A stretch of 9,734 bases of DNA from a virus (IMGVR_UViG_2681813004_000016:1-9734), one strand, 5' to 3'. Positions 1 to 7,220 are shown, counted from the stretch's first letter. Made by a program: numbers and translations. The notes: generated by a model from the sequence alone, not told the origin.

Positions 1-613
<613 letters not shown>

Positions 614-810
614 GCAGAAACTCCGTAATGAAGATGAAAAGCGCTCATAACACATCTGTCGGCCAGAAGGCGCGCCTCTGAGTTATCCTACGGACATACC
701 GGGAACAGTGTAATTTCCCGGCAGGAGCGAAAAATTTGAAAGGCGCATCTTACTCTTTTCGCTTTCAAAAAAAGAGTGGTCTTCGCGTTAACACACCGCC
801 CTGAGATGAA

Positions 811-1284
811 TTAGTGATGTTTTGGCTGCACCGCAACATACATTTCGATATCCCAGTACCCATCTTCCGCGCCATTGTTCAAGTAAACCTCGAAGCAGGG
901 CTTTGGTAACATTTCATAAGCACTGTCCTGCAAGAGGCTATTAAAGAACTGATACCAGGGTTTAGCAAAATCATCACCGACTACACGAGCCACCGCCACC
1001 GCATACTGACCACCTAAAATTTCTGTCAGAATGACGCCCTCACTGTTGTCGGGGAGCGTAAAGTTATTCGGCACCGTCACGACGGTGTCGCAGCGTAATT
1101 TTTCGGCGGGTGTTTCATCTGGATTGTCGTAATAGACAGCAACCCACTCCTTCGGCACAATATTTTTGTTATCTACCCACATCATCAACTGCTCAAAGCC
1201 TTTCTTTACCGTCTGTTCCCACGGGCCAACAAGATGGAAACCTGCAACGGTACGTTTATCTTCCTGCTTAATCTCGTAGTTCAT
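811..1284 (-). CDS. sbmC: DNA gyrase inhibitor SbmC (GyrI)
   Basis: 157-aa [27 protein letters not shown]...YVAVQPKHH matches E. coli SbmC in length and sequence as recalled. ATG start with GGAGG RBS; synteny yeeA-sbmC-dacD as in E. coli K-12. Confidence 0.95.
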   Translation of the reverse strand: MNYEIKQEDKRTVAGFHLVGPWEQTVKKGFEQLMMWVDNKNIVPKEWVAVYYDNPDETPAEKLRCDTVVTVPNNFTLPDNSEGVILTEILGGQYAVAVARVVGDDFAKPWYQFFNSLLQDSAYEMLPKPCFEVYLNNGAEDGYWDIEMYVAVQPKHH

Positions 1285-1300
1285 GACGCCTCCACTAACA

Positions 1301-1316
1301 CTGTTTTTATATACAG
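1301..1316. promoter_or_regulatory. LexA (SOS) box CTGT-N8-ACAG immediately upstream of sbmC
   Basis: Sequence caCTGTttttatatACAGta at 1299-1318 fits the LexA consensus TACTGTATATATATACAGTA. It lies about 17 nt upstream of the sbmC start codon. sbmC is a known SOS-inducible gene. Confidence 0.7.
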
Positions 1317-1402
1317 TATAGTTGCAATATTAAAACCACAAGGAATGAGTGTTGATTATGCGAGCAGACTCGCACTCCTGCCAGTCTGCTGCAAAAGAAA
1401 GG

Positions 1403-2569
1403 TCAGGCCTTATGGTGGAAATAATCACTCAGGCGGGAAAACATGCTGCCTTCCCCGACAGATTCCAGGGTAACCAGCGGCCAGTGCGCCACCTGTTTAT
1501 CACGGTCGTAAAGTTCAATTTCCCCTACCCGCTGATGGGCGCTAATTGGCGCGGTGAGTTCTTTACCATCAAGGGTATATTTGGCTTTGATATGTGGAAT
1601 TTCGGCTTTCGGTAGCACCATCCAGAACTCTTGTTCCGTTCCCAGAGCGATATTTTCTTTATCACCATACCAGATGCGTTCCGTACCGACCTTTTTCCCA
1701 CGGTGCAAAATTTGCACCGTAGTAAAGTTTTGTTGCCCCCAACGCAGTAATTTTCTTGCCTCTTCCTCACGACCTTTTGCACTGTCAGCACCCATTACCA
1801 CTGCAATGAGGCGACGCTGCCCGTCTACAGCCGAAGCAATGAGATTAAACCCAGCACCAGAAGTATGACCCGTTTTCAGGCCGTCAACATTCATGGTTTT
1901 ATCCCACAATAACCCGTTACGGTTTTGCTGGGTGATACCGTTCCAGGTGAGGCTTTTCTCACTGTACATATGATAAAACTCGGGCTCGCCGTGGATGATA
2001 GCGCGAGAAAGCACAGCTAAATCATAAGCCGAGCTATGCTGGCCAGGTGCATCCAGACCATGCACTGTTTCAAAATGCGTATCCTTGAGATGCAGCTTCT
2101 CGGCATAGTTGTTCATCATTTCAACAAACTGCCGTTGCCCACCGGCAATATAGTCAGCCAGTGCAACACAAGCGTCATTTCCGGAATCCACAATTAAACC
2201 ACGGCTTAAATCACGTACCGATACGCGATCGCCCTCTTTCAAAAACATCAGTGAAGAACCGACAAACACCGGATTATCTTTCGCCCACGCATCACGCCCC
2301 ACGGTGACAATATCGTCCGGCGTAATGCGATGACTATCGATAGCGCGATCCACGACATAGCCCGTCATCAGCTTTGTCAGGCTGGCGGGATTGCGCTGTT
2401 GATGCTCATTACCCGCGGTGAGAATCTGACCGGTAGTGTAATCCATCAATACCCAGGACCCGGCATGAATCTCTGGAGGTTGAGGTGAAAAAGGGATGTT
2501 TTCCGCCGCAAAACCAGACGATAAATTAAAAACGAACAAAGAAGCAGCAATAATAAGACGGCGTTTCAA
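1403..2569 (-). CDS. dacD: D-alanyl-D-alanine carboxypeptidase DacD (PBP6b)
   Basis: ORF translation ...RRLIIAASLFVFNLSSGFAAENIPFSPQPP... with SxxK (ASLTK), SGN and KTG motifs, ending DYFHHKA. Matches E. coli DacD. The ORF track starts at TTG 2573-2575 (390 aa); the second TTG at 2567-2569 has GAGG 6-7 nt upstream and gives the 388-aa length recalled for DacD, so I call 2569 as the start. Confidence 0.93.
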   Translation of the reverse strand: MKRRLIIAASLFVFNLSSGFAAENIPFSPQPPEIHAGSWVLMDYTTGQILTAGNEHQQRNPASLTKLMTGYVVDRAIDSHRITPDDIVTVGRDAWAKDNPVFVGSSLMFLKEGDRVSVRDLSRGLIVDSGNDACVALADYIAGGQRQFVEMMNNYAEKLHLKDTHFETVHGLDAPGQHSSAYDLAVLSRAIIHGEPEFYHMYSEKSLTWNGITQQNRNGLLWDKTMNVDGLKTGHTSGAGFNLIASAVDGQRRLIAVVMGADSAKGREEEARKLLRWGQQNFTTVQILHRGKKVGTERIWYGDKENIALGTEQEFWMVLPKAEIPHIKAKYTLDGKELTAPISAHQRVGEIELYDRDKQVAHWPLVTLESVGEGSMFSRLSDYFHHKA

Positions 2570-2777
2570 CAGCAAACCCTCAGGTGTTTCAAATAGCTGT
2601 TCTTTTTACGGAAATACTTATGAACTGGCTGGAATAAAGTGCAAGAAAATGTGACTACTATCTCATTTTTATCTGACATGAACTGTTGCCACTCGCTGCC
2701 AAATTGTCGCGCTAAAGCTGATTAGCACGGTGATATTTGATACTCTGGCAGACAGCAGAAATAACGGATTTAACCTA

Positions 2778-2840
2778 ATGATGAATGACGGTAAGCAACA
2801 ATCTACCTTTTTGTTTCACGATTACGCGCAACACCCCTGA
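2778..2840 (+). pseudogene. sbcB: Exonuclease I (sbcB) 5' remnant: first 16 native codons, then foreign sequence and stop
   Basis: ATG ATG AAT GAC GGT AAG CAA CAA TCT ACC TTT TTG TTT CAC GAT TAC translates MMNDGKQQSTFLFHDY, the SbcB N-terminus as recalled (native continues ETFGTHPALDRP...). Here it continues AQHP then TGA at 2838-2840. Divergent from dacD as in K-12. Homology breaks at about 2825/2826. Confidence 0.75.
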
Positions 2841-2912
2841 GAACCGCCATGAACAAGGGTTTCATGATTTGTGATTTTAGTTTGGTACGCAATTTGGTAC
2901 ACAACACAATTT

Positions 2913-3158
2913 TCACTTCAGCGGGTAGTCATCAAACTCACCATAACGAGCAGCGTTAATGATGATTGGTTGCGAAACAGGAACGTGAGAACCGTCTTCG
3001 TTCTCTACATAAACCTGAATCTGGTTTTCAGGATTTACCGGGTCAGTGTCAATTTTTCCGATATAAATTTTGCCATTGGCTACGGCTTTAAAAGAACGCG
3101 CCATAGTGAAGAGTTGCGAAGGCATGCTTACCACAACATTGGCTGTAATGTCTGTCAT
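2913..3158 (-). pseudogene. P22-type tailspike (gp9) N-terminal head-binding-domain fragment, truncated after about 70 codons
   Basis: [70 protein letters not shown] matches the P22 tailspike N-terminus as recalled ([74 protein letters not shown]...). It then diverges to [11 protein letters not shown] and stops. Lies downstream of ant on the same strand, as in P22. Confidence 0.7.
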
Positions 3159-3216
3159 TTAATTTGCTCCAGATACAAGGAATCGCCGCAGCATGGCTAC
3201 GGTGAATTTTGGGCAT

Positions 3217-3239
3217 AAAAAAACCCAGCCGAAGCTGGG
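3217..3239 (-). terminator. Rho-independent terminator downstream of ant
   Basis: Plus strand reads aaaaaaa-CCCAGC-cgaa-GCTGGG; on the minus strand this is a GC stem with a 4-nt loop followed by UUUUUUU, sitting 20 nt after the ant stop codon. Confidence 0.75.
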
Positions 3240-3258
3240 TCGTTGCGTTGGTTATCTG

Positions 3259-4173
3259 TCAGTAGTTATGTACTGAAGGAGGTAATTCTTTATTCTTAAG
3301 TCTCATCCATGCGGAAAGATTCGTTGGTCCGTCTGGCTCATTGATATCAACATCTCGTGTGTGGTTTATTAAAACGTCTCTCGCCATTCCAATAACATAC
3401 GAGAACTCATGACCGTAGTCGTAGCATCTGCAGGAATAGTTCGATTGAATTTGCTTTAGCGCCGGATACAGTTCGCGGAATAATGCCTGTGAGCGGTTGG
3501 CATAATCCCATAACCATACAAGACTGTCTGTTTCTTTTGCGGAAAGCCCGTTGAGCTTCTTCTCTTGTTTGCCGATTAACTCTCCTTCAAGCGGAACGCG
3601 AGCAGCAAGTGACAGAGCTTCGGTAAACTGCTCCTCGCTGATTTCTTTATATGAACACCCAAAATGAGATTTCAGTGACGACCACATGGTGATCATCGCC
3701 TTCGCCTGTTTTTCTTTTGGCAGAGACTGACCGCGACTCATGACGAGTTGTTTAATGGCTTCCTGCTGCTCTTTGGTTATTTTGCCCGGCAACGCCTTTT
3801 TAGCTTTCGGTGTATTTCCGTAAGACCCCGTTTTACGAATGGATGGCAAAACTTCAGCTGTCACCCATTTGCGGAATTTGTGCGGGACTGAACCTTTATT
3901 GACGGCATCACGGCAGCGCAGAACCAATGTATACATACCTGATTCGCTCACAATGCTTAAATTCTGCTCACCGCCAAGGGTGTAACTTAAAGTTACTCCC
4001 TTCTCATCGTCATCAAGTGCAGTAAGCGCCTTGCGTGAGTTAGTCAGAGTTAAAGCATCACAAACATCTTTTGCTACAAACCACGGCGCACCGCACTTGT
4101 TGATGACGCGGATTTCACTGTCGCCGAATTTGAAGATGGTGAAATCGTTTTGTGCCTTTGCTATACTTTTCAT
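3259..4173 (-). CDS. ant: Phage antirepressor Ant (Bro-N/KilA-N-like N-terminal domain)
   Basis: 304-aa ORF. N-terminus [30 protein letters not shown] is a typical Bro-N-type antirepressor motif. Sits immediately downstream of an Arc-like gene and opposite a divergent Mnt-like gene, the P22 immI arrangement. Confidence 0.85.
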   Translation of the reverse strand: MKSIAKAQNDFTIFKFGDSEIRVINKCGAPWFVAKDVCDALTLTNSRKALTALDDDEKGVTLSYTLGGEQNLSIVSESGMYTLVLRCRDAVNKGSVPHKFRKWVTAEVLPSIRKTGSYGNTPKAKKALPGKITKEQQEAIKQLVMSRGQSLPKEKQAKAMITMWSSLKSHFGCSYKEISEEQFTEALSLAARVPLEGELIGKQEKKLNGLSAKETDSLVWLWDYANRSQALFRELYPALKQIQSNYSCRCYDYGHEFSYVIGMARDVLINHTRDVDINEPDGPTNLSAWMRLKNKELPPSVHNY

Positions 4174-4246
4174 GTCAATATTTCCCGATCAGATTTGTTG
4201 ATGTAGAAGCCTCGCCAGTTCCCGCTGTCGGGGCTTCGTTATTTTT
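4174..4246 (+). ncRNA. Predicted sar-like antisense RNA covering the ant RBS and start region
   Basis: Candidate plus-strand promoter inside the ant 5' codons: -35 GTGAAA 4139-4144, 17-nt spacer, -10 TATACT 4162-4167, putting the start at about 4174. Plus-strand hairpin GAAGCC(4206-4211)/GGCTTC(4232-4237) with inner CCCG/CGGG stem, followed by TTATTTTT (4239-4246). Predicted RNA is about 70 nt and antisense to the ant RBS, as described for P22 sar. Confidence 0.4.
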
Positions 4247-4406
4247 AGAGAGCATTCCGCATTTTCTCCCGGTACTTCAACCACCAAGCAAGTCCCTGAA
4301 CCAACACTGAGTTTTCTGACATCCCCTCTTCCTTAGCGATGCGTTTCACCTCCTCCTTAAAACGGTACGGATACCGAAGAGTTGTCTTCACTTCATTCTT
4401 TTCCAT
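4245..4406 (-). CDS. arc: Arc-like ribbon-helix-helix repressor (53 aa)
   Basis: Not in the ORF track (under 60 aa). Minus strand ATG 4404-4406 to TAA 4245-4247 translates MEKNEVKTTLRYPYRFKEEVKRIAKEEGMSENSVLVQGLAWWLKYREKMRNAL. Same size and RHH pattern as P22 Arc (recalled ...PQFNLRWPREVLDLVRKVAEENGRSVNSEIYQRVMESF...). AGGAG RBS 7 nt upstream; directly upstream of ant. Confidence 0.7.
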   Translation of the reverse strand: MEKNEVKTTLRYPYRFKEEVKRIAKEEGMSENSVLVQGLAWWLKYREKMRNAL

Positions 4407-4427
4407 TGATCACTCCTTTTTACGTAA

Positions 4428-4489
4428 TGGCATTATGCCTTGAAAGCAATATGCCATCATTGAATATAAATAGCAATATGCCATCATTG
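4428..4489. promoter_or_regulatory. immI operator/promoter region: 11-bp palindrome plus two perfect 18-bp direct repeats between divergent arc-like and mnt-like genes
   Basis: Palindrome GGCATtATGCC at 4429-4439. Direct repeats AGCAATATGCCATCATTG at 4445-4462 and 4472-4489, 27 bp apart. The 7-mer ATGCCAT (reverse complement ATGGCAT) occurs three times. A candidate plus-strand promoter overlaps them (-35 TTGAAA 4440-4445, -10 TATAAA 4465-4470). Confidence 0.45.
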
Positions 4490-4508
4490 TTTTTTTTGAG
4501 GTGATGTT

Positions 4509-4829
4509 ATGGCTGAAAAGCAGGTTAAAGATTACGAAAAGTTTGTTGTGCGTTTCCCTGACGGGATGAGGGACGCGATTGCGGAGAGAGCCAAACGAAA
4601 CGGGCGCTCTATGAACTCAGAGATTGTGCAGATACTGGAAGATGCCTTGAATGCAGAAAATACTCTTGGGGAAATAGCAGACAAAATCAACAGCGTCTCG
4701 GTTCCGCTAAATGTTGATGCGCTAGTTCAACTTCAAGCCCAGGTTATCGCCATGCAAAAAGAAATACAGGAAAAGTTCAGAGAGCAGAACGAAAAGTTGA
4801 GAGAACTACTAAATAAAAAACCCACCTGA
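4509..4829 (+). CDS. mnt: Mnt-like ribbon-helix-helix repressor with C-terminal coiled coil (106 aa)
   Basis: N-terminus MAEKQVKDYEKFVVRFPDGMRDAIAERAKRNGRSMNSEIVQILEDAL carries the Arc/Mnt signature NGRSMNSE; C-terminal half is heptad-rich. GAGGTGA RBS upstream of ATG 4509. Divergent from arc-ant. Confidence 0.7.
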   Translation: MAEKQVKDYEKFVVRFPDGMRDAIAERAKRNGRSMNSEIVQILEDALNAENTLGEIADKINSVSVPLNVDALVQLQAQVIAMQKEIQEKFREQNEKLRELLNKKPT

Positions 4830-4836
4830 CGGTGGG
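4811..4836 (-). terminator. Rho-independent terminator downstream of tail gene L (overlaps the 3' end of the mnt-like gene)
   Basis: Plus strand aaataaaaaa-CCCACC-tgac-GGTGGG; on the minus strand the stem is followed by UUUUUUAUUU, 10 nt after the L stop codon (4846-4848). The mnt-like stop TGA (4827-4829) lies in the hairpin loop. Confidence 0.6.
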
Positions 4837-4845
4837 CATAATCCA

Positions 4846-5544
4846 TTACTGCGAAAGTTTGTTAATGGAAAGGAAGCCGCCAAAGTTGCCGACGTTATTG
4901 CGAAACTTACAGCCACTCAGGCATTTGCTGCATTTATCCTTCGTGATATCGGACGTTGGCTGGTCATATTCATCCGCGACAGCCGGACCGTGATAACCGC
5001 ACTCATCGCCGCGATAGGTCCAGGTGCAGGTGTTGGCCAGCATGATACGTCCCGGAAAAACAGCGCCATCTGTTTCCGTCGGCGTGGACAGTACAAAGGA
5101 GGCACTCACCGCGCTCAGTTCGCTGCACTGCTCGATGCGCCAGCGGCTGATCACCTCCTGCTCCGGATCGGCGTCACTGTTTCCGTTAACGAAGTTCACC
5201 GCATCCAGAAAACGGGCGTAAACCTTACGCCGGACCACCGTTCCGCCGACCAGACTCTGCATATCTTCCACCATACCGGTGACCATGCCGTGCAGGTTAG
5301 AAACCGTCAGTGTCGGACGGGCAGCACTGCCCTTGCCGTTCAGTTCAAATCCCGTCCCCTGAATGGGATACGCCTGATACTGTCGCCCCTGCCAGGTGAC
5401 CGGCTCACCTTTTTCGTTCTGCTCATTACAGAAAAAATAACGTTCTCCACCGACCTCTGTCAGGTCGATTTCCCAGAGCACCACGCTGGCAGACTGCTCC
5501 GCACGGGTGCATTCATTCAGTGTTTCCTGCCGGATATCCTGCAT
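4846..5544 (-). CDS. L: Lambda-type minor tail protein L
   Basis: 232-aa ORF MQDIRQETLNECTRAEQSASVVLWEIDLTEVGGERYFFCNEQNEKGEPVTWQGRQYQ...FGGFLSINKLSQ matches phage lambda gpL in sequence and length as recalled. Its start overlaps the M stop (ATGA). Confidence 0.95.
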   Translation of the reverse strand: MQDIRQETLNECTRAEQSASVVLWEIDLTEVGGERYFFCNEQNEKGEPVTWQGRQYQAYPIQGTGFELNGKGSAARPTLTVSNLHGMVTGMVEDMQSLVGGTVVRRKVYARFLDAVNFVNGNSDADPEQEVISRWRIEQCSELSAVSASFVLSTPTETDGAVFPGRIMLANTCTWTYRGDECGYHGPAVADEYDQPTSDITKDKCSKCLSGCKFRNNVGNFGGFLSINKLSQ

Positions 5545-5873
5545 CAGTTCACCACCTGTTTAAACTCTGCGCTGAACTCAACACGCAACATACTGACCTG
5601 CGACGACCATTTTGCGCAGGTCACCTTTATCTGCCTGTAACCATAAGGCGGCGTCCACAGAAAGGCCTTCCAGCCCCCGTGCTCAGCCAGAAACGACTCC
5701 AGCGCCGTGGCCTCCTCACGGGAGACAGACAGCGTCACGCTGTACGTTTTCAGGTCAGCGTTCAGCCCGGCAGGCGCACGCTGGGAATAGCCATCACCAA
5801 AGCGCACCTCCCTGACGGAAGGGGCCGATGTCACATCCATACCGGGTTTCACTTTCCAGCGGAAGGTTTTCAT
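5544..5873 (-). CDS. M: Lambda-type minor tail protein M
   Basis: 109-aa ORF MKTFRWKVKPGMDV...WTPPYGYRQIKVTCAKWSSQVSMLRVEFSAEFKQVVN matches lambda gpM as recalled; H-M-L order and overlaps as in lambda. Confidence 0.95.
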   Translation of the reverse strand: MKTFRWKVKPGMDVTSAPSVREVRFGDGYSQRAPAGLNADLKTYSVTLSVSREEATALESFLAEHGGWKAFLWTPPYGYRQIKVTCAKWSSQVSMLRVEFSAEFKQVVN

Positions 5874-6247
5874 CGTCCACCTCCGGAGAACAGGCCACCA
5901 TCACGCATCTGTGTCTGAATTTCATCACGGGCACCCTTGCGGGCCATGTCATACACCGCCTTCAGAGCAGCCGGACCTATCTGCCCGTTCGTGCCGTCGT
6001 TGTTAATCACCACATGGTTATTCTGCTCAAACGTCCCGGACGCCTGCGACCGGCTGTCTGCCATGCTGCCCGGTGTACCGACATAACCGCCGGTGGCATA
6101 GCCGCGCATCAGCCGGTAAAGATTCCCCACGCCAATCCGGCTGGTTGCCTCCTTCGTGAAGACAAACTCACCACGGTGAACAATCCCCGCTGGCTCATAT
6201 TTGCCGCCGGTTCCCGTAAATCCTCCGGTTGCAAAATGGAATTTCGC
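5870..6247 (-). pseudogene. H: Tape-measure protein H, C-terminal fragment (about 125 codons), 5'-truncated at the IS903 junction
   Basis: C-terminal translation ...GGFTGTGGKYEPAGIVHRGEFVFTKEATSRIGVGNLYRLMRGYATGGYVGTPG...MRDGGLFSGGGR matches the lambda gpH C-terminus as recalled. Upstream of about 6247 the frame reads IS903-derived sequence, so the first about 35 residues of the 160-aa track ORF are not H. Confidence 0.85.
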
Positions 6248-6779
6248 CGCAGACAACTTCATGTGTGTTGCTGTCAACAGCAAGATGCAACTTTCGCCAG
6301 ATACGACGGCGCTCTTTGCCGTGCTTTCTGACTTTCCATTCGCCTTCACCAAAGACCTTCAGCCCGGTGGAATCAATCACCAGGTGTGCGATTTCACCCC
6401 GGGTGGACGTTTTGAAACTGACATTAACCGACTTTGCCCGCTTACTGACACTGGTGTAATCCGGGCAGCGCAACGGAACGTTCATCAGGGCAAAAATGGA
6501 ATCAATAAAACCCTGCGCAGCCCGCAGGGTCAGCCGGAATACGCGTTTAATCACCAGAACGGTGGTGATGGCGAGATCAGAATAGCGCTGGGGCCTTCCT
6601 CGTGATGAAGGCGTTGCCGACTCATACCAGGCCTGAATCGCCTCATCATCCAGCCAGAAAGTGAGGGAGCCACGGTTGATGAGAGCTTTGTTGTAGGTGG
6701 ACCAGTTGGTGATTCTGAACTTTTGCTTTGCCACGGAATGGTCTGTGTTGTCGGGAGGATGCGTGATCTGATCCTTCAA
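6248..6779 (-). pseudogene. IS903-family transposase, N-terminal about 177 codons, 3'-truncated (track ORF 6195-6779 reads on into H-derived DNA)
   Basis: Transposase similarity runs from the TTG start at 6777-6779 to ...LAVDSNTHEVVC. The last 17 residues of the track ORF (GEIPFCNRRIYGNRRQI) are out-of-frame readthrough of tape-measure DNA. Confidence 0.85.
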
Positions 6780-6811
6780 CTCAGCAAAAGTTCGATTTAT
6801 TCAACAAAGCC
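6248..6811 (-). mobile_element. Truncated IS903-family insertion sequence (IS5 family): left inverted repeat plus 5' part of the transposase gene only
   Basis: Plus-strand 6793-6811 cgatttattcaacaaagcc is the reverse complement of the IS903 terminal inverted repeat GGCTTTGTTGAATAAATCG as recalled. The adjacent ORF encodes ...KQKFRITNWSTYNKALINRGSLTFWLDDEAIQAWYESATPSSRGRPQRYSDLAITTV..., the IS903/IS102 transposase N-terminus. Homology ends at about 6248, where lambda H sequence begins, so only about 564 bp of a roughly 1 kb IS remain. Confidence 0.9.
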
Positions 6812-7220
6812 CCTTAGAGCTAATTTCAGAACCACCAACACCCTCAATATAGTTTGATCTCCATGGTGACTCTTCGTGTGTCATGTTCCTCAGTTTCCAG
6901 GCAGAAAATTGCCCAAAAACATCCCAGACTTCTTCTAATAACTCTAACTGTTCTTCGCTGAATTTTTCAGCATCAAAAGACTCTGGAGAAGGGATAGCGC
7001 CATTACCATATTGTTTATAACGGCGATAAAGCTCAGGGACAACAGGGCCATGCATCCAAGCTTCCATCTTATTCTGAAAAAGAGGCTCGCCAAGCAACGC
7101 CAATGAAAAACCCTGAGCATAGTAAACAAGCTTTTGTAATTTTAAATTAGAGATTGTGTCACCGCTATCCTCGTCACACCGCGACAGGAAGTAGTCGGCG
7201 ACATCAAAACAAGTAAGCAT
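6801..7220 (-). CDS. Panacea / SocA-like (DUF4065) antitoxin-domain protein, 3' end clipped by the IS903 insertion
   Basis: MLTCFDVADYFLSRCDEDSGDTISNLKLQKLVYYAQGFSLALLGEPLFQNKMEAWMHGPVVPELYRRYKQYG... fits the SocA/Panacea pattern (hLKLQKLLYhAQGh...GEPLh...hEAWhHGPVhP.LY). Likely start is ATG 7218-7220 (GGAGG 7 nt upstream); the track used GTG at 7226. The last two codons and the stop (6801-6809) are IS903 sequence, so the native C-terminus is lost. Confidence 0.6.
   Translation of the reverse strand: MLTCFDVADYFLSRCDEDSGDTISNLKLQKLVYYAQGFSLALLGEPLFQNKMEAWMHGPVVPELYRRYKQYGNGAIPSPESFDAEKFSEEQLELLEEVWDVFGQFSAWKLRNMTHEESPWRSNYIEGVGGSEISSKGLC

Noticed and set aside
699-721. Inverted repeat CCGGGA-N11-TCCCGG between sbmC and yeeA, considered as a terminator
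   Set aside because: No U-tract follows on either strand; at most a regulatory stem-loop, not a canonical intrinsic terminator.
1364-1389. Stem-loop GCAGACT-N12-AGTCTGC downstream of dacD, considered as the dacD terminator
   Set aside because: Hairpin is present but has no adjacent T-run on the minus strand; cannot be called a terminator by eye.
1234-1868. ORFs 1234-1473 (+), 1349-1615 (+), 1525-1791 (-), 1554-1868 (+)
   Set aside because: All overlap dacD or sbmC in alternative frames; dacD and sbmC are confidently identified, so these are shadow ORFs.
2871-3218. Plus-strand ORF of 115 aa
   Set aside because: Antisense to the tailspike fragment and the ant terminator; no RBS; the opposite-strand frame has clear homology.
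4917-6605. Alternative-frame ORFs across the tail genes and IS903 (4917-5105, 4990-5640, 5024-5221, 5520-5918, 5612-5815, 5828-6331, 6201-6605, 6229-6459)
   Set aside because: All overlap lambda L/M/H or IS903 transposase frames that are unambiguously identified; GC-rich region produces long spurious frames with Arg/Pro/Ser-rich translations.
6944-7129. Minus-strand 61-aa ORF inside the Panacea gene
   Set aside because: Alternative frame within a better-supported CDS.
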